Below, piece by piece: positions 12,653 through 23,242 of a stretch of DNA of 51,757 bases. The position numbers and the translations under genes were made by a program. Location of the stretch: the NCBI GenBank assembly GCA_000708835.1, contig DF237560.1, positions 1-51,757 of the forward strand, written 5' to 3'. Position 1 is the first letter of the stretch. Every line of letters begins with the position of its first letter. The notes under the pieces are model-generated. The model did no database searches. It saw only the letters and a program-made list of their open reading frames with translations, and was not told the origin of the DNA. The DNA comes from Klebsormidium nitens (Eukaryota > Plantae > Klebsormidiophyceae).

Positions 12653-13620
12653 TCTTGGCACTTGAATCCCCACTCCAGCTGCTGAGCGTAGGTATCTGCC
12701 TCTCCACCACACAGCGCACTTTCCCCCCTGCCTGCTAGGATATGGTGCTGACCAATTCAAACACAAGACCTGAGATCTGGACCATGAGAATGCGCAAAGC
12801 TTTGTTCAGCTGAAGCGCAAAAAACTCTCCAATGAGAATGTCCAGGATTATTCAGCTCCGAGTGCTCCAACCGGCAATGTGATACTTGCTTTCTGCTGAC
12901 ACTGCAGCAACATACCCCTTGTTGCAACCTCCTCTGCCAAAACTTTGCTGCAGCCTGAACCAGCCAGATTCTGGCAAGCGAGGCTTTCTTTGTTTCTGAG
13001 CAATGCACGATTGAGCTGCTTCGCGTCTGCACCTGCACCTAGAAACGATCGGAGATCTGACCACGAAGGAAGGGGGAACTCTTGAACAAATGCACAATGA
13101 TTCGACTCTGAGCAATGAGCATCGTTCATTGTCAAACGCACTGAGCACATGCTCTCCTAGTCCGAGTCTTGCCTTGCTCTCCGAGTCCGACTCCGAGTCT
13201 TGCAGCATGTCCTGGGATCCCGCATTCTGCGGGCCATGTGACAAAAGAGCGTGCATCCAGCAATCGTACGGCTCAGAAGCCCGCATGAGCTCACCAGAGT
13301 GATGATCGCACGGCCGAGACAGCTGACAGATCTCTGCAGGGGTCAAGGACAAAGGGTGCGTCACTTCTACCACGTGGAACGCCGTGAGGCAGTTCAGCAA
13401 ACAAGTACGCCAGCAATGCGACCGAGAACGGCGAGATTGGCAGATTGCTCAACCTTGTGAGTGAAAATTTCCTTCCCCGCTTTCTTCTCAGCTGCGGTTC
13501 CTTCCTTCTGCAGATTCCAGCATGCTGTGATGGCATTGAAAGCGGGCTGAAAAGGGAAAGGAGGGAGTGCGTTGAGGAAGTTAAGCGTTACTTGTTGATC
13601 TACAGCACTACAGATCGATT

Positions 13621-16600
13621 ATGGCTTCCCAAATGCAGGCGGAGCAGGCCATGGAAACAAGTAAGGTCAGATCTCGTGACCTGGGGACGGTGGCAAGACC
13701 TTGTCGAATACTTACTTTACTACTTGCCTTCGCATGTTTGGTAGCTAGGACCGTTGCATCTGATAAGGATCTGCTCGATCCTGGAGGCGAATCAGGTCAT
13801 GCACCAGATAGAGCAAATATAGAAGGGGACAATGGGCCAATAGTTTACCAACGAGGGGAGCGCACATTGCTGCAAAACAATGCCGCAGGGAAGGGCTGGG
13901 AGTGGGACAAGAGGACTAGAGGCGGCAGCATTGGTGGTAGTAAATCAGAAGCTTTTGGTTTGAGCCGTCGGAGAGAGCTTCTCCTTACGGCTGCTAACCA
14001 CACCGCACTGTCGCCAACCCCTCCTATGGGGTAAGTTGATCAGCCCTTTGTTTGTCCATTGCATGCGACTAGATTATGGTTCTGTTGGAAAGTTCTATTG
14101 TTCAGGGAGTACAAGGCAGGTAATCTGAATTTGGGTGTCCCATGCCGAAGTCAGCATGGCGTCATGGGGCACTTCCCCATCAGCAATAAGATCTTCGAAT
14201 ATGGGGTGTCTCGTGCCAAGTACAACGAAGTCAGCATGGCGTCATGGGGCACTTTTCGATCAGCAATAAGACCGGCAGGTAATCTGAGTTCAGGTGTCCC
14301 TTGGCGAGTACAATGATGTCAGCATGGCGTTATGGGGCAATTTCTCATCAAAAAAGCGCTGTTAAAAGATGACCTGATGAACCTGTTTGAGTGCACTTTA
14401 AGTAAGGTTCACTTGATCTTGTCCACCATGTAATGCCGCGGTTGTGGTGGTTGCTTGAAGCGCTACTTTTTCTGTGATGTTTTGGATTCATTTGATAGAG
14501 CCCGCTGCATCAATCTGGTGGTGTTGCCGCAATGCTACCTGAAGAATTCAGAAGAACACTGATTGTAGTGACACTGATTGGTCGCAATCTTCGGATCACT
14601 ATCTGCTGATACAACCAGCAATTCCTACCGGCGTCTCAAACCTGTTCATTGAATGGTTCCTGACCTGCACCAGGTCCATGCTGGAAAGCTTTTGAGGCAG
14701 AGACTTTTGAGCTCAACATATACCTTGACCACTTCCGACACAATGCTCAACACAATCCCAGGTGTTCTCTCTCGTTTCAATTTGCTATATCGGTTTGTGC
14801 CCTTCCTCCTGATTTTTTCCTTCTTTGCTCTTTTCCTCTTTCTCCTCTATCCTCTTTCTGCTTTTTTGTCCAGGCTCGCAGAATCTCTTGTAAAGTCTTT
14901 GGAAGATAACGGGAAGAAACTGACCAACAGGAGGACTGAACGCTGAGGCTCATGGGCGGACGGGCTGAACATCAGGGCTCTCCCGTTCATACAATCATCT
15001 CTCAGCGACAGCTCGTCAATCCCTCTGCTACTGTTTACAGGTGGAACCCTTGGAACTTTGCGCAGTGCACCGACTGGAACGAGACACTTTTCTATAGAAC
15101 GGGTGAGCTGCCATCAATGCGTGCACCACAGATTACGTAGAAGTGCGCTCGATCAACTTCCGGTGTTGTGATGAATGTTGATATGATGTTCTTGCACTTC
15201 TTAAAATTACTCAGAATGCTTTTGGGCATTCTAGAATGCTTTTGGGCAGTCCGGACGCTTAAAAGAAGATCGCGTTTTCAAAGCGGGCCAAAGTCCTCTC
15301 CCTTTCACATGCTTCTCAAAAGCGTGTGATAGTTGGGGCAGTGGCTTAGCCCCCATAAAATGCCTCATTGAGAGTATACAGCTTCAACGGTTCTGATCAA
15401 TTACAGCTTCCACTGCTGGCGGCGAGAACTCAAGCAACAACTTTTCAGGAACTTGTCCTTTAATGATCTATCTTGATTCTCGTTGGAGTATCTTGACTGG
15501 ACCAACGCATTGCTGATCCGGAGATAGCAACGCAGAGGATAGGTACCCAGTCGCCCAGACTCAAATGACAGTGTTTTTGGCTGAGTGGTGTGTCCATATT
15601 CCCACTCAAACACCACATTTGATGCTCATGACTGTCCTTTCATTTGTCCAGCCCTGTATCTGAACACTTCGGGTATGGCGAGCCTGGGCTACCGATATGT
15701 GAACATAGGCAAGGCCCGCCGACCAAATGAGGTTCGATGCCCTCATCAGCGAGGGGCACAAAGTGACAAAGCTTCCTTGGCAAGACCTTAGTGCATACGA
15801 ACCCTTTGTGGGCTGTTGCTATGCATTCCACTCGACAGGTTGGGTTGCTTCTTGGTTGCGACCTTTAACTGGGTTGATCAGTTCACGAGATGGCATTAAC
15901 GTTGCAGGAAAAATGGGAAAGGCCAGTAATTATATTCGAAGTCTGAGTTCTATGTTTATCTGCGGCTTGTGGGTCGCCTCAGGCGCGGTCGCAAGGAGCT
16001 TTTCCCGTCAATGATGTAGCATCAAACGGGGACCGAAGTCTACAAGTCCGAATGTCCGAAATCTTCTAGGAAAGAGGCGCTCCTGTTCGACAGAGACACT
16101 AGATAAAGGCCAAACGCCAATGATACGACTTTTCGTTTGCAGATGACTGCTGGATGGCTGACTCGAGGGACGCAATGGTGAGGTGCATTCTTGTTTCCGA
16201 ATACTTTCAACTAGAGTTCCACACTTAAAGCGGGAGACGCCTAGTTACTCACGTTAGAGAACTGGACGAAACTTGCATCGTGACTCTTCACTGGGCGTTT
16301 TGTTTCTGTTCAGAAGACACATGTTATCGTCTGATAGGTCCCATGTTCGAAGCAAGGGGAACATCGTCAACTGCCGTACTGATGTTAAACACTAGTGGGC
16401 GGGCAAAGCTGCTCAAGCAGCAAAAGCAAGGGCGCATGCCTTATGCATCCAGCAAGCACCCTCTTGCGGTTCTCAAACGCACCTGTCCAATCCAAACAGT
16501 GGCAGAAAGTGGTAAAGCAACAACTGTGCCATTCTCTATGCAGGACAATCTGGCGTGGAATGCTTCCCGATTTCCGTCCGGCATCCCCGCGCTTGCGAAC

Positions 16601-19600
16601 TACGTGCACAGCCTAGGCCTCAAACTCGGACTCTACCTGTGCGCTGGGTGAGAGCTAGCGATTGAGCAATTGTTTTCGGGCTGTAGTTTTAGAGCATGTT
16701 AGGGGCTCGGAATGCTTAAGGGCTCGCAATTATGGGGCCATATTTTTTAAGAATTTGATCGACAGTTCTAGAGTCATCCGTGCCTTGTGTATTGGCTTTT
16801 CAATTTGACAAAAGGTCCATCGCTGTGCGGTCCTAGCCCTTGGAACAGGCGGCTTGTTCGCAGGTAGCGAGTTTTATGTGAGCAGATCTTTTCCACCGGC
16901 AACTGCGGGCTGTTGGTCAGCAGATTACTCGGATATCAAATCTGGACTTACAGCATCCGACGGTGCGGGTTGCATCTGACCGATTTGGACGGCTGGACAG
17001 CACAACAAGTGTTGCAAGGGTCGCTGATCTATTGACAGGCCTAATGCACTCTGCATACATGCCACCGATAATCTGTCCTCTCCATCTTGGCCTGGGCGCC
17101 AGGAACACCGGGCTGACGTCATGGTGACGTGCCTCTCCTCGCAGAAACAAGACGTGTGCCTTGAAGCCCGGGTCTCTGCGGTATGAAGCTCAGGACATAG
17201 CACTCGTCTCATCATGGGTGAGTTGGCTCCCTAACATCTGCGTACGTCGGCCCCCGATTTTTGGGAGGATTTTCGCGCTGGACTCCTTTCCATTGAGGGC
17301 TGACGGCAGTTTTCTTAAAATCGTCTTGGGTCCTTTCCTAAAATCGAGACGGAACGGGAGCCTCAAGTAGAGCTCCTCACACGACTTTTAGATCTCCAAG
17401 GATGTGAGCATTCACGAAATAGAGACTGGCTCTTTCAGGCCAGTTTACTGCCAGCTCCAAGAGCAACCTGCCGCTCGCCTACCAAGACCTCTAAGTTGAA
17501 GTTCCGCGAGCCTTAATCAGCGTTACTGCCTTCGGCGTTTTAATTGCATCTGGGATTCCACTTACTTTTCTATTTTTCTCCGTTCGAAATGTCGTGTCGC
17601 TTACCAGACCCTCCTCCCGTGCTCCCACAGGCGCTACCGTATCGATTGTCCGGTTGGGCAGGTTTTTGCCCAAGCATTGATTTCGCATGCCACGCAATTT
17701 GGGCAGCTTCCATTTACCAATTTATTCTGTGTTCGTACGGGGCGAAATGACCTGCAAATATAAAATTCGAATTTATTTTACATTCGACATTTTGGGCAAA
17801 AAATATCTGCCCAACCGGACAGTCGGTACAGTATTTCCAGAAGATCGGCCAGCACCTGCACCATCTACCTTAAACACCTTCTTACCACCTCTTACATGTC
17901 CCTTCAACTAAGACTAAACCATCTAATGATCTGCCAAACGGGCTCAAAACTGAGCGGGCAACTTGTCTCACAGGGCGTGGATCTGGTGAAAGTTGACAAC
18001 TGCTACAACGAGGGCCTGTTACCAGAAACCCGGTAAGCGAGCTTTTCCGCTGCTCCCAAGCTTGTATTCTACCTCTATCGTGCATTACTTGACCCTCAGA
18101 ATCGGAATATCAAAGCCTTTATAGAAGTCAGCCCCTTCAAGCTGCGCCATCGGCTTGCTGTGCTTGACATCGGACAGGAGTTTCAACCAGCGTCGACCTG
18201 CGTAATCGCTTTATTCTCTTCTCTTCTTCTGACATATATGTAAGCCGTCAAATTTGGGTAGAGGTTTTTAAGCAAAGCGAGTCTAGGCTACCCTTGCGGA
18301 AGGCGCTCACCTGATCACACTTGTATCACACAAGTAAACAGCAGAGGCTGCACAAAAATAAAGTTCATCAAGTCTTCACCCAACTAAGTCGAACACTCAA
18401 CCAACTCAAACGTCACTCGGATCATGTTTTTCAGGTACGTAAGATTCACCGACGCAATCGGGAACGTCACCCGCCCCATCCTGTTCATGCTGTGCAACTG
18501 GGGGGAGTACATCCCCGCGCTTTTTGCCCCCATGTTTGCGAACAGTTGGCGGACGACGTACGATTTGCGTGACGACTACACATACATGCTCAAGATGGCT
18601 GACTGGAACGACGTGAGTCACATATACGCGGGGCCGAGGAGTGGCTGGAACGGTAAGCTTTCAAGATCAGGTTATAAGGGATACACGCTGTCTGCGCTTA
18701 TATTGGCGAAAAGTGGGCAGCCAAATTGGATGAAACGTGCGGGATCGTGCGGGATTGGAATCGATTTGCTCCAGAGCAGCAATTGATTGAGAACACGCAG
18801 GCGAAGATGTGAATGGGCGGTCTACAGGTTGAGGCTTAAGCTTTAGATGTTAGGCGCGACTGCACGTACGCTGAAAAGCTCTAACAGTCAACTTTCTAAT
18901 CGTGCTTGCCGCTGGGACAGAGGTATCCCTAATGATGACAGAAACTCAAACAAGACGGACATTCTGTCGCAGAAGACTGCACAGTTTCTGTCGTGCTTTA
19001 CATTCATTCTCAGCCAAACTTCTACCTTTTGATTGCACAAATTCGAACACTGTTGCATAGGGTTCGGACAAATTCTGTCATCACTGACCGACGTGCCCTC
19101 TGTTGAACGCAGATCCGGACATGTTGCAGGTTGGCAACGGGAACATGACACTGGACGAGTACACCACTCACATGTCCCTCTGGGCGCTGATGAAGGTGTG
19201 TCAAGGGTGCCCTTTCAGTGTGTCCATTGTCCATTTTCGCGATTTTGAATTCAAGAAGGTGATGGCTTGTCCTTACTCGGAAACTCTGAGATACTCTCTC
19301 GTTTGCAGATTGGTGTGGAGTCTTTTTTTGGACGCTATCATCGTTTCGATGAGAAGTAATTTGCACACCCAGCTTTTTTGCCAACCTCAATGGAGGATGG
19401 AGTGAGTAACACATCCAGAGACGACCTTGATCAACTAGCGAAAGGTATCGGCTGTAGACGGAGATTTGCTGCCATCTGACCTTGTTTTTGCCAGCTTCGG
19501 TAGACGGTAGCTAATGCGATGCTGCCAGCAACCGTCCCAGCAAGTCGGGCCAAAATAACCACACGCTACTGCCAAAACTGCTCCTAGCGCCCTTTGTTCC

Positions 19601-22600
19601 TCGTAGCGGTCTTTTTCAAGGGTGGTGCGCTTACGTGATGCTACTTTGGCCTGCCGCAGGCACCGCTTCTGATTGGCACCAACGTTCTCAACATGACCAA
19701 CGCGACTGCGGCTCTCCTGACCAACCCCGAAGTGATCCGCATCAATCAAGGTGAGCAGTCGCGTGGAGCAGTGTAGCCTGAGGCTTCTCGCTTTTCGTTT
19801 GCCAGGAGCGACGTGGTTGAGCGGTCAGAACAGCGTACGGCATAGAAATCGTTGGGAGTAAAGCTCAAATCTGAGTACGAGCTTTGCTTACTCCCCCAGT
19901 TGCTTGCTTCCCATTTGATTTGGAGGTGTGCACTTTGGAGGTTCCCCCTGCTATGCGTGCCAGACGTGTATCCAAATCAAACATTCGTGTCCGTCCGCAG
20001 ACCCTCTGGGCATCCAAGGATTCAAGCGAACCTCAGAGGACGGAAAAGAGGTGAGACCGCACATGAATTGCAGAACGTCGCTGAGTCTCCTCAAAGGACG
20101 ATTCGCTGACGTTGCAAGCTGAAGATTTCTGCTTACCGCAGAGTTTCCGGTGGGCTTGGTCGCAAATCACTCTTGCTCCGATGAGATGAATGCAGAGTTC
20201 TTTCGTCGACTAGCGTTTTCCAGTCACGGCCGGGTTCTTAAGCGTTAGTCAGATTTTCAAGGAGCGTCTCAAAGCACCGTTCTCCTCTCGTTACGGTATC
20301 TGCTCTCGAGAGTTCCTCTATTCTTTTGATGATATGAAAAGGCGCAAGAGTACAAGCGGCAGATTTGCCCTGTTGCACTAAGCTCAAGACGCACTCCTCG
20401 GTTCGCAACTAGGTATGGGCGGGGCTCCTGAGTGGGGGCGCTATCGCGGTCGCACTCGTGAACCGCCTACCGACCCCCGCGCTCGTCACCGTCCAGTGGT
20501 ACAACGTCAACCTGACGTCAGAAACGGGGTGCCGGATACGAGACGTTTGGGCGGTGAGGCTTCCTCTTATTGGACTTGACCAGTCGCAGATCTTGACGTA
20601 CTTTTATATGACAGGTCGTGCAGTTCATGATCAACCGGTTGCGTTTTAGAGAAGTCACCATCAGAATTGCCAAGGATGAAGGTCTACACTGGATATAGGT
20701 ATATACTTCCGTCATACTGGCTATATATACTTCTTTTCATGATAAGAAGCCAGCTTGATGGCTTGTACTTGCAACTTCATGCATTCCCCGTCGCTCAATC
20801 CCTGTCATTATGCCTCAACCTCCACAGGTTGTTGACTTTCTGACTTGAGATTGCTCGCGATTAACAAAAAGCTTCCTATCCTTGGAAAGCAACGGATGCT
20901 TTGAATTCTTCCTCTCCAGAGGACCTATTTGACCGGGAGGCCACCGTTTTCTTTTACCCCGAGGTACTTAGTCATTCTTATGAGAGATTGCAAAAGCGAA
21001 AAGTGCGACCATCTCACGAAGTTCGCCTCCTTTTCAGAGGACCTGCGTGACCGGTATTCTCTCCGCCAACCTCACCGCCAACGTGACCTTTCAAGGGACG
21101 AGGCCGCTACTTCTCGCCTTCATTTTAGAAACTTCCCAATCTAAAGGTCCTATTAAGGGGGAGTGGCAGGAAACAAACAGCTCAATCTTGTCTAGTCTTG
21201 TCTTTTCAGAGGACCTACGTGACCGCATCTTCTCTTCTAATCTCACCGCCCGCGGGACGAAACTAGTACTTTACCTCGAAGCAGATACTTTCTTACGGAC
21301 TGAGAGCGCGAACAACTGGCATAACCTGAAAAGTGTTGCCTTCTCTCCAGAGGACCTACGTGACCGGAATCTTCTCCTCCAACTTCACACCCGACGTGAC
21401 TGCTCACAAGACGAACCTATTGAACTTATTTCCACTCAAAGTAGTAGGTCTTTGTGGGATAAGGAACGTGATCAATAAACATAACCTGATAAAGTGTTGC
21501 CTCCTTTCCAGAGGACCTACGTGACCGGCGTTTTCTCCTCCAACTTCACCGCCAACGTGACCGCCCACGGGACGAAGTTACTGATTCTCCAGCCCGCGCT
21601 CCAGATCGCGTATAATAAGACGGCGAACGCGTCCGCGTTTACCGCGGACCTGGTGCCGCGGAACGGCAACGACGCGGACGTCCAAACGTTTTGGGAGAGC
21701 ACCAACGGCCCGTTCCAGATCGGAAACCCGTACTGGCAGGTGAGGCGGGTGGTCTGGATTCTTGGTGCTTAGTCTATTGTTTCTTTCCATGTGCTTCGAG
21801 CATCGTCTTGCCTGTTGAGGATAGCTCTGGGATGAACGATTAGTATGGACAGGCGTTGAAAGTCGTTTGGAGACGCACACCAACGGGCCGTTCCAAGATG
21901 AATTTCGTCCTAGCAGGGGAGGCCTTTCACCTTTGGAGTTCTGGGGACTGGTTTACTGTGGGTGTTCCGGTCTGATTCGAATGTTACTATTGGTTTCGCT
22001 TCTTATCCTGGTTTTCCACGTCTCTCTCCGGTTCTAGGTTTGTACTTGGGTTCCCTTCTGTAACGACCATTCTCCCAGTCTTCAGCCGATTTAGCCCATC
22101 CTCTCGTTGGTTCTGCATTTCCTTGGCTCTTAACAGACTGGTTCATCAAAGGGAGATCGTTTCAATACTGGCTCTTAGCTTAGCAAATGGCCGTCTCCGT
22201 CGCTTCTTCTCCTCATTCCGACCGATTATTGCCTCCTTACGATCGGTTATGATTCCTTAGGTCCCCCTGGGCCAGCCATGTAACCTGTCGAGCCTCGAGT
22301 TGGTCCCCCGCTAGGACGGCGCCCAATGTTTTACGCGCTCTCATCCCGACGCTTAATGCCTGATTTCAAGCGCTTATACACTCTTAACACAATCGCTTAT
22401 CTTCCCCCAGGTCGATTTGGGCCAGCCATGTAACCTGTCCAGCCTCGAGCTGGTCCCCCGCTAGGACGGCGACCTTTCACGCTTTCTCACCCTCATCCCA
22501 ACGCCTTCTTCCGCGGCTTAATTCTTGATTTCGACCGCTTATACACTCAACCCGGCCGCTTATATGTCCCCAGGTCGATCTGGGCCATTCATTCAGCCTG

Positions 22601-23242
22601 TCGAGCTTGGAGCTGGTCGCCCGCCAAGGCGGCGACCAGCATTCCGACGCGTATCCCCTCAACCGACCGCCTATATCCTCCTTACACCCCTTCTCTCCCT
22701 CCATGTCGATTCGGGCCGCCGTTCAACCTATCTAGCCCCGAGCTGCTTGCCTGCGGGACAGCGACCAACCTTTCACGCTTGGTTCATCGTTGCAACCGCT
22801 TATTGCCTACTGAAGATAGCTTTTCCCAGGTCGATTTGGGCCAGGCGTTCAGCCTGTCGAGCCTAGAACTGGTCTCCCGCCAGACTGTTACGCTGTTTTC
22901 CCGCTTATCCTGTCAACTCAACCACTTACACCCCCGCAGGTTGATTTGGGGTCGGCGTTCAACCTGTCCAGCCTAGAACTGGTTTCCCGCCAAGACGGCG
23001 ACCAGCCCTTCACGCGCGCCAACTACGAGATCCGCTGCTCGAACGTCTCCGACGCTTCCAATTTCACTGTGATCGCTGCACAGGGCCCGGAGCCCAAGGA
23101 GGCGTACAGCACTTTCTCAGCGGCCCTGCCGAGCGCCGCGGTGTGCCGATACGTGCGGGTGGCGAAGCTGGACGGGACGCTATTTAACTTTGCGGAGCTG
23201 AGGCTGTATAAGAGCGTTAACGTATTCAACGGCGGGGTATAG
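13621..23242 (+). CDS. GH27 alpha-galactosidase-like glycoside hydrolase with N-terminal pro-region and C-terminal lectin-like domain (about 640 aa)
   Basis: Exons 13621-14030, 15041-15102, 15652-15708 (GC donor), 16143-16177, 16544-16647, 17145-17217, 17974-18032, 18435-18652, 19113-19195, 19660-19750, 20001-20050, 20413-20553, 21512-21739, 22940-23242, all in phase. GH27 motifs: [46 protein letters not shown] (nucleophile Asp), SWRTTYD (acid/base Asp), [27 protein letters not shown]. Confidence 0.93.
14110..14345. repeat. Intronic minisatellite, three diverged units of about 80-90 bp
   Basis: Core gtcagcatggcgt(c/t)atggggca at about 14150, 14230 and 14318; ggcaggtaatctga at about 14115 and 14274. 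Confidence 0.85.
17637..17831. mobile_element. MITE-like non-autonomous element, 195 bp, TA-flanked (Tc1/mariner-type)
   Basis: Left end ccgtatcgattgtccggttgggcaggtttttgcccaa; the reverse complement of the right end is ctgtaccgactgtccggttgggcagatattttttgcccaa. TA at 17635-17636 and 17832-17833. Non-coding AT-rich interior; lies in a GH27 intron. Confidence 0.75.
20905..21511 (+). repeat. Four intronic copies of the acceptor plus head of GH27 exon 13
   Basis: (t/c)cag|aggacct(a/g)cgtgaccg motif with AG at 20918-19 (most degenerate), 21036-37, 21208-09 and 21349-50, ahead of the true acceptor at 21510-11. Confidence 0.9.
21700..23242 (+). other. C-terminal discoidin/F5-8 type C/fucolectin-like (galactose-binding-like) domain of the GH27 protein
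   Basis: NPYWQ|[19 protein letters not shown]...NYEIRCSN...CRYVRV...FAELRLY matches the W-x-x-DLG ... RYVR ... ELxxY pattern of galactose-binding-like beta-sandwich domains. Recognised by motif only, no profile search. Confidence 0.7.
22250..22939 (+). repeat. Five intronic copies of the acceptor plus head of GH27 exon 14
   Basis: ag|gtcgat(t/c)tgggc...cctgtc(g/c)agc...ctggtc copies start at about 22261, 22411, 22574, 22707 (AG lost) and 22830; the true exon starts at 22940. Confidence 0.9.

Noticed and set aside
11708-12665. Plus-strand Gly/Ala-rich ORFs
   Set aside because: Antisense shadows of the Pro-rich AGP.
11624-12766. 380-aa minus-strand ORF read as one protein
   Set aside because: Only the part from ATG 12652 to the gap is in the plausible frame. 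After the gap the AGP continues in the frame ending at 11629, and the Cys/Arg-rich tail is an off-frame reading.
12852-13400. 182-aa minus-strand ORF in the AGP-GH27 spacer
   Set aside because: No recognisable motif, no coding-like codon bias, and no phase-consistent splice partners found.
21739-22940. Intron gain by tandem duplication of an exonic AGGT
   Set aside because: The sequence after the real donor (gtgaggcggg) does not resemble the exon-14 head (gttgatttgg). The intron therefore pre-existed and only its 3' end was duplicated.
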